A program made the translations under genes and the position numbers. A stretch of DNA of 43,701 nt from Betaproteobacteria bacterium (GTDB lineage: Bacteria; Nitrospirota; UBA9217). The notes beneath the pieces are model-generated. The model searched no databases. It saw only the letters and a program-made list of their open reading frames with translations, and was not told where the DNA came from. The stretch lies in the NCBI GenBank assembly GCA_050257255.1, contig JBLMWN010000067.1, positions 1 to 43,701 of the forward strand. The letters are read 5' to 3'. Below are positions 1 to 8,764 of this stretch, in pieces. Position 1 is the stretch's first letter. The number at the start of each line of letters is the position of its first letter.

Positions 1-2
1 AA

Positions 3-1532
3 TACGGAAGCATCAACGAGTTCAACATTATTCATACAGTCGCGAGTGCCGGAACGCCGATGCCTGCGTTGACGGGAGGAGACATCGACCTTCGCACGCG
101 AACGTTCCACATCGAGAAACCGCAAGAGAGCGGGCTCGTTGGAATGGGGCTTTCTGCGGGAGGACGGCGCCACCTGCTTGACGAACTGGCAATCGACAGC
201 ATCCTGACCGCGTTCGTAAACATCGTCAGCTCCGTAAAAGCGCTGTCGTCCTACACGCGGGACGTCGAGCGATTCGCCACGCGGGACCCCCTCACCCACC
301 TCTACAACCAGATCTCGTTCTGGGACCTGCTGGAGTACGAAACCAACCGCTCAAGACGACAGGAATACAAGTTTTCACTCCTCGTGATCGACCTCGACAA
401 TTTCAAGTCGATCAACGACACCTACGGCCACGAGACCGGCGATTCCCTGCTTAAGGATTTTTCCGCCGTCCTCAAGCGCGCCGTCCGGGGCGGAGACATC
501 GTTGCGCGGTATGCGGGAGATCAGTTTGCCGCAATTCTTCCGGTCTGCGACGAAAGTCAGGCGCCTATCGTCGCCAAGCGAATCATAGACGGTTTCCATA
601 ACAACACGTATCTGCTTGCGAACGGTACCTCCATCAAAGGGAGTGTCTCCGTCGGCGTCGCAGTATTCCCCGACCATGCCAAGGAAGCAAAGGACCTCTT
701 CCTTCTCGCCGACAACATGCTCACCCACGCCAAATCGCTCGGCAAGGACCGGCTCAGTATGCCAAGCGAGCAGGATAACGTGGAAGTGCTGAAAAGCATG
801 GGGGAGAAAAATATCCTGATCCTGGAAGCGCTCGCTCAGAAGAAGGTCGTCCCCTATTTTCAACCCATTATGAATGTGAGGGACCAGCGGATCGAGGCAT
901 TCGAAGTCCTCACTCGGATCGTATTGCCCGACCGGGTCATTACCGCCGCTGAATTCATTGAAACGGCTGAGGGGATGGGCGCCATCGCAAAACTTGACTA
1001 TCAGCTCTTCGAGCACGCGCTCGCCAAAGTGCGGGAGACCAAATATGCGGGAAATCTCTTCATCAATATGTCGCCCAAGGCGCTGGTGCTGAATGAATTC
1101 ATGCCCACCATCCGGAAAATGATGGGGGATTACGGGCTCGATCCTGCCAAGCTCATCTTCGAGATTACCGAACGCGATACGGTAAAAAATCTGAACCTCA
1201 TCGAGAAATTCATCCGAGAGCTCAAACTGGAAGGCTTCCGGTTTGCCATCGACGACTTCGGATCAGGCTATTCTTCGTTCCAGTATATCAAAATGTTCCC
1301 TGTTGACTTCCTGAAAGTAGACGGCGAATTCATACGGCATCTGACAGGCGACGGGAATGGTAATGTAGAAAAACACATCGTGACCAGCATAGCCGCCCTT
1401 GCCGGACATCTCGGCATCAAGACGATCGCGGAATATGTGGAGTCCGCGGAAATCCTGGGCGAGGTCCAATCGGCCGGCATCAACTACGCCCAGGGCTACT
1501 ATATTCAGAAACCGTCCCCGGACCTGTTCTAA
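3..1532 (+). CDS. GGDEF-EAL signalling protein, 5'-partial (degenerate GGDEF plus EAL phosphodiesterase domain)
   Basis: The frame is open from nt 3, so the gene runs off the left edge. Motifs: RGGD-x5-AGDQF (an RxxD I-site plus a degenerate GGDEF); EAL-domain signatures EAFEVLTR, FEITE, DDFGSGYSS, KVDG, QGYY. Confidence 0.9.
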   Translation, partial: YGSINEFNIIHTVASAGTPMPALTGGDIDLRTRTFHIEKPQESGLVGMGLSAGGRRHLLDELAIDSILTAFVNIVSSVKALSSYTRDVERFATRDPLTHLYNQISFWDLLEYETNRSRRQEYKFSLLVIDLDNFKSINDTYGHETGDSLLKDFSAVLKRAVRGGDIVARYAGDQFAAILPVCDESQAPIVAKRIIDGFHNNTYLLANGTSIKGSVSVGVAVFPDHAKEAKDLFLLADNMLTHAKSLGKDRLSMPSEQDNVEVLKSMGEKNILILEALAQKKVVPYFQPIMNVRDQRIEAFEVLTRIVLPDRVITAAEFIETAEGMGAIAKLDYQLFEHALAKVRETKYAGNLFINMSPKALVLNEFMPTIRKMMGDYGLDPAKLIFEITERDTVKNLNLIEKFIRELKLEGFRFAIDDFGSGYSSFQYIKMFPVDFLKVDGEFIRHLTGDGNGNVEKHIVTSIAALAGHLGIKTIAEYVESAEILGEVQSAGINYAQGYYIQKPSPDLF

Positions 1533-1566
1533 ACCGCTCTTACAGCCCTTCGAAACATTTTCTCCC

Positions 1567-1595
1567 TTCACTCTTTTCCTCCCCCGTGGTATACT
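1567..1595 (+). promoter_or_regulatory. Candidate sigma70 promoter with extended -10 (TGgTATACT)
   Basis: TGGTATACT lies at 1587-1595, with a weak -35-like TTCACT at 1567-1572 (17-nt spacer to TATACT). It sits about 50 nt upstream of the acyltransferase ATG at 1647. Confidence 0.35.
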
Positions 1596-1622
1596 GATGC
1601 GCCTTCAGAGTACATTTTTTGA

Positions 1623-2438
1623 GTGCGGAGCATTGTCGTGGAACGTATGAGGTTTGGACAGGATGCCTACCGGTCAGGGCCCCGAAAGCTTTCCCTTCCC
1701 GCCAGGCTCATGCCGTCATTCACATTTTACTTCTCGATGCTGCGGATCGTCATGCAGGCAAGCGGGAAAGCAAAACGGGGTAAGTATGATACGAAGGAAT
1801 GGTGCGAAAGCAGCCTGGCCATATTTCGCGCTCTTGAGCGGGTCGGCGTCAGGATTGAAATCAGCGGCATCGACAATTTTCGCTCCGTCGACGGACCCTG
1901 CGTCTTCATCGGCAACCACATGAGCACGCTCGAGACCTTCGTCTTGCCGGTCATCATTGCGCCGATCAAGGAAACGACCTTCGTAGTCAAACAGAGCCTC
2001 GTGGAATACCCGGTGTTCAAATACGTGATGCGGTCGCGCAATCCGGTCACGGTAGGCAGGTCAAACCCGCGTGACGATCTCAGGGCCGTCCTGGAGGGCG
2101 GTGTCGAACGGCTGAGCGCCGGCATATCGATCATTATCTTTCCGCAGACCACACGGACGCCGGAGTTTGACCAGCAACAGTTCAACACGATCGGGATCAA
2201 ACTCGCAAAAAGGGCGGGCGTGCCGGCGGTCCCCATCGCGCTCAAGACCGACGCCTGGGGCAATGGCGCGTATCTCAAGGATTTCGGCAGGATCGACCCC
2301 GTGAAAGCCGTTCACTTCGCGTTCGGGAAACCGCTCATGGTCAAGGACCGTGGGAATGAGGAACACCGGCAGATTATCGATTTTATCACGGAAAAACTGA
2401 AGGGATGGGCTCAGGAGCCGCAGAATCGCGACGCTTGA
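1623..2438 (+). CDS. Lysophospholipid/1-acylglycerol-3-phosphate acyltransferase family protein (variant motifs)
   Basis: PlsC-like layout: GNHMSTLE (HX4E in place of HX4D), IIFPQTTRT (in place of FPEGTR), VPAVPIAL. The track ORF starts at GTG 1623; ATG 1647 is an alternative start. Confidence 0.8.
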   Translation: MRSIVVERMRFGQDAYRSGPRKLSLPARLMPSFTFYFSMLRIVMQASGKAKRGKYDTKEWCESSLAIFRALERVGVRIEISGIDNFRSVDGPCVFIGNHMSTLETFVLPVIIAPIKETTFVVKQSLVEYPVFKYVMRSRNPVTVGRSNPRDDLRAVLEGGVERLSAGISIIIFPQTTRTPEFDQQQFNTIGIKLAKRAGVPAVPIALKTDAWGNGAYLKDFGRIDPVKAVHFAFGKPLMVKDRGNEEHRQIIDFITEKLKGWAQEPQNRDA

Positions 2439-2447
2439 TCTATTAAC

Positions 2448-2480
2448 CGGGAGGGGCGTATAGCGTTATACGCCCTCCCG
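2448..2480. terminator. GC-rich hairpin between convergent genes (possible bidirectional terminator)
   Basis: cgggaggggcgtata / tatacgccctcccg gives a 14-bp stem with one bulged G and a GCGT loop. It starts 10 nt after the acyltransferase stop. There is no clear U-tract. Confidence 0.4.
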
Positions 2481-2579
2481 TCAATTAAGAGAATCTCTTC
2501 CGGTTATTCTGGTTACTTGCGTCACCGGGAGGCGCTTTCTTGTCGAAATCCGCGACCAGGCGCCTTTTGAGCATCGGCC

Positions 2580-3287
2580 TTACTTGCTTTCCTTTGCCCC
2601 GATTTTGATCAACTCGACTTCAAAGATAAGCGTTGCGTTCGGACCGATCACGCCGCCGGCCCCACGCTCGCCGTATGCAAGATTAGCAGGGATGAACAGC
2701 TGCCACTTCGCGCCTTCTTTCATCAACTGCAGCGCCTCGGTCCAGCCTTTGATCACTCCGTTCACCTGGAAGGTCGCGGGCTCGTTGCGCTTGTACGAGC
2801 TGTCGAACTCTGTTCCGTCGATAAGAGTGCCGCGGTAGTGGACCGTGACCGTATCCGTTTCCTTAGGAGACGCGCCCTTTCCTTCCTTGATGACCTTGTA
2901 CTGCAGGCCGCTCGGCAGGGTCTTTACGCCTCCCTTCTTTTTATTCTCGGCGAGGAATGCATCGCCTTCTTTCTTGTTCTTTTCCGCCAGCGCTTTCATC
3001 TTTTCCTGCTGTTTGGCCTGGAATTCTTTCTGAAAAGCAACGAGCGTTTCACGGACTTCCTGCTCGGTCATGAGCGTCTTCGCGCCTGACAGCGCATCCC
3101 TCATGCCCTTCACAAGCAGTTCGGGATCAACATCGATTGAATTCTTTTTCAGGCTGTTGCCCATATCTACACCGATTGCATAGCTTACCTTGTCTTTTTG
3201 CGTTTTTAATTCGGCCTTCTCTCCTCCAAAAGCGGGGCTTACCGCGAGTGCCATGCACAACGAAATGATCAATACCCGTACGTTCAT
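2580..3287 (-). CDS. fkpA: Periplasmic FKBP-type peptidyl-prolyl cis-trans isomerase (FkpA/Mip-like)
   Basis: Signal peptide MNVRVLIISLCMALAVSPAFG, a Mip/FKBP_N-like helix region, and a C-terminal FKBP domain (VHYRGTLIDGTEFDSS...IKGW...LFIPANLAYG). ATG 3287 is preceded by AAGGAGAAGG. Confidence 0.9.
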   Translation of the reverse strand: MNVRVLIISLCMALAVSPAFGGEKAELKTQKDKVSYAIGVDMGNSLKKNSIDVDPELLVKGMRDALSGAKTLMTEQEVRETLVAFQKEFQAKQQEKMKALAEKNKKEGDAFLAENKKKGGVKTLPSGLQYKVIKEGKGASPKETDTVTVHYRGTLIDGTEFDSSYKRNEPATFQVNGVIKGWTEALQLMKEGAKWQLFIPANLAYGERGAGGVIGPNATLIFEVELIKIGAKESK

Positions 3288-3613
3288 ACCTTCTCCTTTT
3301 CTCATCAGAATAACGTCATCCTAAATCGGCAGTTTGAACTACAGATGACGCGGCAAAATCTCAGACCAATAACTTGTGTCAGGCAAGAATTCTTCCAAGG
3401 TTAAATCATGTTCTTGCCTTGCGGCGCTGAAACACCCGTGCCGCTGAGAAGCGCCTGCTTTTGGTTACCCATGGTTGAATGTTATTGGAATATTCTCGAG
3501 GTGAGCCTCTCCTGTTGTCTCAAGCCTTTTTAGGAAACAGTAACCTAACAGTACCAGCTTTCATACCGTTTGTCAATGTTCCGGCCGTACCCCCCGGACA
3601 CTGACGCCGGGCA

Positions 3614-4465
3614 TCAGAGCGCCATATCGAGGAACGTGAAGAGGAAAATGACCGTGCTGATGTAGCCGTTCATATTGAAGAATGCAAAATTAAGTTTCGA
3701 GAGATCGTTCTCCTTGACGAGGGTATGTTCATAAACCATCAGGCAGAGAGAGACAAAGACCCCTGCGATATAGAGCCAGCCGAGTGACAGCAGCCGGGCA
3801 AGCCAGAAAAGCGCCGCCATCGTGACCGCGTGAGACGCCCGTGATATCCAGAGCGAGCGCCTGATCCCGAAGCGCTGCGGAATGGAATGGAGACCCGTCT
3901 TCCGGTCGAAATCGATGTCCTGGAGCGCATAGAGAACGTCGAACCCGAGGAGCCAGAACAACACCGCGGCACCGAGCACGAGGGCCGGGGGCTCGATCCT
4001 CCCCGAGACGGCGATCCATGATCCGATCGGGGCAAGGGAGATGGCAAGCCCGAGGAAAGCGTGCGAAAGGAACGTAAACCGTTTGGTATAGGAATAGAAA
4101 AACACCACCGCAAGCGCAACAGGCGCGAGGTACAAGCTGAGCATGTTCAGCCGATAGGCGGCGTACAAGAGCAGGAACGACGAGGCCGCGGTGAAGAGGA
4201 TGACCTGCCGCGGTGTAACGAGACCTTTCGGCAGCGCCCGTTCTCTGGTCCGGGGGTTCCGCGCATCGAACGTCCGGTCCGCCCAGCGGTTGAAACCCAT
4301 GGCGGCGGAACGCGCGCCGAACATGGCCACGGCGATCCAGAGGATCTTATCCCACGACGGGATGCCCCGTGCCGCGAGCAGGGCGCCGGTGAATGCAAAA
4401 GGCAGGGCAAAGATCGTATGTTCGAACTTGATCATCTCGAGGATGATCTTGATTTTTTTCAGCAT
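3614..4465 (-). CDS. UbiA-family aromatic polyprenyltransferase (4-hydroxybenzoate polyprenyltransferase-like / MqnP-like)
   Basis: N-terminus IKFEHTIFALPFA, Asp-rich motif NRWADRTFDARNPRT, a second motif YALQDIDFD, and multiple TM helices. Confidence 0.9.
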   Translation of the reverse strand: MLKKIKIILEMIKFEHTIFALPFAFTGALLAARGIPSWDKILWIAVAMFGARSAAMGFNRWADRTFDARNPRTRERALPKGLVTPRQVILFTAASSFLLLYAAYRLNMLSLYLAPVALAVVFFYSYTKRFTFLSHAFLGLAISLAPIGSWIAVSGRIEPPALVLGAAVLFWLLGFDVLYALQDIDFDRKTGLHSIPQRFGIRRSLWISRASHAVTMAALFWLARLLSLGWLYIAGVFVSLCLMVYEHTLVKENDLSKLNFAFFNMNGYISTVIFLFTFLDMAL

Positions 4466-4501
4466 GCCAAGGGCCTCAGAGTGTACACGGGCGGTCTACT
4501 T

Positions 4502-5398
4502 TCATTTTGTTGTCAGTTGCTTCTTCTCCCACTCCTCGATCTTTTGCCTGATCTCCGGCACGGCCCTCCGTGCAGCCTCGATCCCCGCCTGCATGCACCG
4601 TTTCTTCTGGGTGAAGTCGAGCATTGCCACGTCGCCCACGGCCGGCGTGATGAGCACATCGGCGGCCTTCTTCTTCTGGTTCGCATTTTCGTTCATGATG
4701 ATCGTGACCGCCTGCAGCATCACATCCACGAGGTTCGTGATATTGAAGTTCGTCACGTTCTCACCGATATCCACGGCAATGACGACATCAGCGCCTCTTT
4801 CCCGTGCGACGGAGATGGGAATGTTGTCCACGACGCCGCCGTCAACGAGGAGCCTGCCCTGATATTCCACGGGATTGAACACGCCCGGGATGGCGCTGCT
4901 CGCCCGCACGGCCCTTGCCACCGGGCCGTGATCGAGCACCACGCGCGTGCCGCGGTTCAGATCGGTCGCGACCGCGGCAAAAGGCAGCTTCAGCTGTTCA
5001 ATGTTCGCGACGGGAACCTTGTGCTTGACGAATGCTTCGAGTTTGTCGCCCTTGACCGGCCCCATACTGGTAATTGCCGACAGGAGCGCATAATCGAAGA
5101 CATCGTCCTTTTCAAGCGCGAAGGCCGTCCATTCCAGATCGAAACTGTTCATGTCGCAGGCATAGATCGCGCCGATGAGGCTGCCCACGCTCGTCCCGAC
5201 GACCATGTCGATCGGGATCTTCTCCTGCTCAAGCACGCGGATCACACCGACGTGCGCGAAGCCCCGGGCCGCGCCGCCGCCGAGCACGAGCGCGATCTTC
5301 GGCCTCGGCATCTCGGCGACCGGGGGCGCCTGCGTGGAAGCGCAGGAAGCAAACAGCAGAATCAGAACACTGGTCATCAGCAGCCTGGCGTATTTCAT
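4502..5398 (-). CDS. Patatin-like phospholipase, probable lipoprotein
   Basis: GGGAARG oxyanion motif, GTSVG (GxSxG) nucleophile, DGG near the C-terminal Asp. Lipoprotein-type signal MKYARLLMTSVLILLFASC. The upstream part of track ORF 4502..5734 overlaps the preceding gene. In-frame starts exist at 5422, 5407 and 5398. Confidence 0.88.
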   Translation of the reverse strand: MKYARLLMTSVLILLFASCASTQAPPVAEMPRPKIALVLGGGAARGFAHVGVIRVLEQEKIPIDMVVGTSVGSLIGAIYACDMNSFDLEWTAFALEKDDVFDYALLSAITSMGPVKGDKLEAFVKHKVPVANIEQLKLPFAAVATDLNRGTRVVLDHGPVARAVRASSAIPGVFNPVEYQGRLLVDGGVVDNIPISVARERGADVVIAVDIGENVTNFNITNLVDVMLQAVTIIMNENANQKKKAADVLITPAVGDVAMLDFTQKKRCMQAGIEAARRAVPEIRQKIEEWEKKQLTTK

Positions 5399-5454
5399 AC
5401 GTTCCATCGCCTCGATTCTCATGCGAAACTGTATTCTGTCCGTTGGACGTTGAA

Positions 5455-8070
5455 CTAGGTTCTGTATCCCCGTTCCAGCAGCTTTACGACTTCGTAATAC
5501 AGCGTCTTCACGATCTCGTCGTACTCCTTGCCGTCGGGATAGATCGGTTTGCCGATGGAGACGACGATCTTGGCAGGCCGAGGAAAACTCCTGCCCGGCG
5601 GCAGCATTTCGTAGGTTCCCCGGATAGCTACCGGGACGAGCGGAATATTCAGTTCCTTCGCGATGATCCCCACACCCTTCTTGAACTCCTTGATGCTCCC
5701 GTCGCGTGACCGGCTTCCCTCGGGGAATACGCAAAGGACCTTGCCCCGGCGAAGGACATGGGCCGAAAGCTGCATCGCGCTCGAGAGCCGCGTCTCCATG
5801 TTCACGGGGATCACATGGATACGTCTGGCTATCCTGGAAGTAACAGGACCGCCGAAATAATCCGTTGTCCCGAGGAAGAAGGTCTGCGATGCGATCTTCC
5901 AGGGTATTTTGCTCATGACCGCCGCCGCATCGACGAGGCTCAAGTGGTTCGGCGCGATGATGAAAGGTCCTGTCGCGGGCAGGTTCTCCGCGCCGCGCAC
6001 CGACAACTGTCCGTAAATCGTGAAGATGCCTTTGAGCACGAGCTTCAGAAGGCGCAGGGCGACAGCGCAGAAAGCGCCCGATTCGAGTTTGATCGACGCT
6101 TTCAGTTCCTCCGTAGGCTCCTGAGCGAGGATATCGGCCCAGGACATCTTTACGCTCTTGCCGGACGCCGACGGTCCCGAAGCCAGCAGTTCCTTGATCT
6201 TAAGGACAGCGTCCTTCACGGTAAAGACCTCTGAACCGAAGGAGTCGGGCAGGCTGACGCCGAACGATTTTTCGATGCTCACAACCAGTTCCACGCGGGC
6301 AAGCGAGTCCAGCCCGAGGTCAAGCTCCAGATTGTCGTCCGGCACGATGTTCTTCTTTGCCGAGAACGGCTCGAGGCAGGTCACGAGCTTTTTCATCACC
6401 GGGTCAGCAAGCAACCCTGCGTCGAATTCCTGGACCGCCTTTTCCGCGCGCTCTCCTGCCTGATCGTAGAGCTCCCTCACTTTGCTCCGCCGAAGCTTGC
6501 CCAGGCGCGTGACCGGCAAGGGGTCCTTGAAGATTTTGAGTCCCGTGATCCGCTTATAGGACGGCAGGTCCTTCGCGAGGTCTTCGATCTCAAAGGCAAT
6601 GGTCTCGCGCGAGTTCGACAGGTTCACCTTCCTGAGGTAATCGAAGTCCGGGACTACTGCGGCCTCAAGCCCGCGTTCGCCCTGGATAAGGCAAATTTCC
6701 TTGATGGACGGGATCTGCTTGTAGAACTTCTCGAGTTCGTCGGGAAATATCTTCTTTCCCGTCGAAAGCACAATCATTTCCTTCGATCGCCCGGTGATGA
6801 AGAAGTATCCGTCCTTGTCCCGGTACCCTAGGTCGCCCGTGTAGAGCCAGCCGTCCCTCAACACTTCGGCAGTCTCCTGAGGTTTCTGGTAGTATCCCAG
6901 CATGACATTCGGCCCGCGTACTGCGATTTCTCCCTGTCCGCTTTCGTCCGGGTTAGCGATCCTTACCTCGACCCCGGGGACGGAGATCCCGATGGATCCC
7001 GCTTTCTGTTTCGCAATGGGATTGAAGGTGCAGACGGGCGATGTCTCGGTAAGACCGTAGCCCTCGATGAGGGTGAACCCAAGGTTTGTCATGTCGGTAT
7101 ACACGTCCGGTTCGAGCCGGGCCCCGCCGCTTGCGGCAAGCTTGAACCGCTTCCCGAACCTGGCATGCACCGAGCCGAAGAGCGCTTTGCCGATGTTGAC
7201 GCCCGTCACGTTCCGGACAAGGCCGCTGATGCCGAGCAGGAACTTCACGAGCATCCTCACCAACGCCGGTTTTTTTTGAATCCCGTCGAAGATGGCCCGG
7301 CGCAATCCCGCGAACAGTTGGGGAACGCCAACGAGCACGCTGATGCCTGTCTCCTGAATGCAGGCAAGGATATCCGGGCCTTTCAGACTGTTCAGGATCG
7401 TTACTGTCGAGCCCACGGAAAGCGACAGCAGAATGCAGGCGATTGCCGGATAGGTATGATGGAGCGGAAGGAGGCAGAGGAGGTTGTCCCTGTCATCGAT
7501 GAGGTTTAGCTTGACCACGCTCTCGCAGTTCGACGCGAGGTTTCTGTGGGAGAGCATGACGCCTTTGGGGTCGCCGGTCGTGCCGGAGGTATAGAGCAGC
7601 GCGGCGAGGTCGTCTGCGGCCGGCGCCGGCGGAAGAGCGGCGTCGGGAAAAGCCGTGACCATGCCGGAGAACTGCGTTTCCCCGTTCCGGTCGAATGATA
7701 TGATCATGAACGAGCCGGTGCGACGAAGCTTCTGTCTCGTTTGGGCCGACACAAAGACTGCCTTTGTACCGGAGCTGAGGAGGAGCAGCGCAACCTCCTT
7801 GTCCGTCAGCTGCGCGTCGAGAGGTACGATGACCGCGCCCAGGGCGACGACCGAGAGATAAGCGATCATCCACTCGGGCCGGTTTTCGGAAATAAGGGCC
7901 AGCCGATCGCCTTTCACGATTCCCTGCCCTGCAAGCGACCGGGACACCGAAGCCACGGCCTTGATGAGTTCCCGGTACGTATACCGCTGATACCCCTCGC
8001 CGGTCTTTATCTGGACGGCAATATGATCGGGATAGCGTAAAGCGGTCTCCTGGATGCTGGTCAGGATCAT
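5455..8070 (-). CDS. Tri-domain fusion: acyl-AMP ligase (fatty acyl-CoA/ACP synthetase-like), carrier protein and PlsC-type acyltransferase
   Basis: AMP-binding motifs YTSGTTGDPKGV, GYGLTE, YTGDLG, GRSKEMI. Phosphopantetheine site LGLDSLARVEL. Acyltransferase motifs APNHLSLVDA (HX4D), FPEGSRSRDG, PLVPVAIRG. A single 871-aa ORF. Confidence 0.92.
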   Translation of the reverse strand: MILTSIQETALRYPDHIAVQIKTGEGYQRYTYRELIKAVASVSRSLAGQGIVKGDRLALISENRPEWMIAYLSVVALGAVIVPLDAQLTDKEVALLLLSSGTKAVFVSAQTRQKLRRTGSFMIISFDRNGETQFSGMVTAFPDAALPPAPAADDLAALLYTSGTTGDPKGVMLSHRNLASNCESVVKLNLIDDRDNLLCLLPLHHTYPAIACILLSLSVGSTVTILNSLKGPDILACIQETGISVLVGVPQLFAGLRRAIFDGIQKKPALVRMLVKFLLGISGLVRNVTGVNIGKALFGSVHARFGKRFKLAASGGARLEPDVYTDMTNLGFTLIEGYGLTETSPVCTFNPIAKQKAGSIGISVPGVEVRIANPDESGQGEIAVRGPNVMLGYYQKPQETAEVLRDGWLYTGDLGYRDKDGYFFITGRSKEMIVLSTGKKIFPDELEKFYKQIPSIKEICLIQGERGLEAAVVPDFDYLRKVNLSNSRETIAFEIEDLAKDLPSYKRITGLKIFKDPLPVTRLGKLRRSKVRELYDQAGERAEKAVQEFDAGLLADPVMKKLVTCLEPFSAKKNIVPDDNLELDLGLDSLARVELVVSIEKSFGVSLPDSFGSEVFTVKDAVLKIKELLASGPSASGKSVKMSWADILAQEPTEELKASIKLESGAFCAVALRLLKLVLKGIFTIYGQLSVRGAENLPATGPFIIAPNHLSLVDAAAVMSKIPWKIASQTFFLGTTDYFGGPVTSRIARRIHVIPVNMETRLSSAMQLSAHVLRRGKVLCVFPEGSRSRDGSIKEFKKGVGIIAKELNIPLVPVAIRGTYEMLPPGRSFPRPAKIVVSIGKPIYPDGKEYDEIVKTLYYEVVKLLERGYRT

Positions 8071-8174
8071 TTCATGCCTCTGCCGCGCTGTGATAGCGCA
8101 CGTACAATATCATCAACCGATAAAAACAGAATATAATGGAGCAGTGGGAATGTCAATGGAGAATTCAGGGGGGA

Positions 8175-8198
8175 AATAAAAAGCGCAACGGAAGCGCT
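8175..8198 (-). terminator. Candidate intrinsic terminator of the small repeat-protein gene
   Basis: On the minus strand: AGCGC-uuccguu-GCGCU followed by UUUUUAUUU. It starts 35 nt past the stop at 8233. Confidence 0.45.
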
Positions 8199-8232
8199 CA
8201 TCGGGTCATATGCCTTGCGTTCGTCGGCGTCA

Positions 8233-8550
8233 TCAGTCCTTGGACGCCTTTTGTACGTCCTGTCCTGCCTTTTTCCATGTCTTCTTCGCGTTTTTGTCCA
8301 CGGTTTTCCAGTCCTGCTTCGCCTTCTTGTCAACGGCCTTCCAGGTTTTTTTGGCGTTCTTATCAACGGTCTTGGCCACCTTTTTCATGCCCTCGTGGAC
8401 TTCATTAATGCCTTCCTTTGCCGAGTTCTCGTCATCGGCAAAGCTCATCGCCGGAGCAAGCAGGAAAAACAGGGCCAGAAACATAGCAAGGACACGCAGG
8501 AGGTCCTCCTCTTTATTGAAAAACTTGCAATGATCGCTGATACCATACAC
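8233..8550 (-). CDS. Small secreted Lys/Trp-rich protein with three 11-residue repeats
   Basis: Hydrophobic signal-like segment FLALFFLLAPAMSFA, then VDKNAKKTWKA / VDKKAKQDWKT / VDKNAKKTWKK. A terminator lies downstream. The start is uncertain: GTG 8550, ATG 8484, or a non-canonical start just after GAGGAGG. Confidence 0.65.
   Translation of the reverse strand: MYGISDHCKFFNKEEDLLRVLAMFLALFFLLAPAMSFADDENSAKEGINEVHEGMKKVAKTVDKNAKKTWKAVDKKAKQDWKTVDKNAKKTWKKAGQDVQKASKD
8269..8367 (-). repeat. Three degenerate tandem 33-bp repeats (coding, 11-aa period)
   Basis: These are the DNA counterpart of the VDKxAKxxWKx units inside CDS 8233..8550. Confidence 0.7.
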
Positions 8551-8764
8551 CGAGGGGGGAAAATTGTCAAGACAGGCGCTGCCGCTTGTTAAACATCTAT
8601 TTGCTTGACTCTTCCGTTTTCTTTGCTTAAACTTGATTATAATAAGAGTAATACGTGTCGCAAAATCGAGAGATCAGGGCTGAGAAGCAGCCGGTTGCGG
8701 GTACTTCTTTGCCCAATCCGTATTTTCCTAATTCTATTTTCCGGATACTATGAAGGAGGATCCT

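Noticed and set aside
4502-5398. Patatin-like phospholipase as a CBASS (CapV-type) defence effector, given the cyclic-di-GMP protein nearby.
   Set aside because: No CD-NTase or other cyclase partner is adjacent. The protein carries a lipoprotein export signal, whereas CapV is cytoplasmic. It also sits in an operon with lipid-acylation genes. The GGDEF-EAL gene is 3 kb away on the other strand.
4061-5458. A 465-aa plus-strand ORF spanning the patatin and UbiA loci.
   Set aside because: It is antisense to two genes with clear family motifs. Its Arg/His/Asp/Gly-rich low-complexity composition is typical of shadow ORFs in GC-rich DNA.
8269-8367. Tandem 33-bp repeats that superficially resemble a short repeat array.
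   Set aside because: They are in frame within a CDS and encode the 11-aa protein repeats. There are no spacers and no cas genes, so this is not a CRISPR array.
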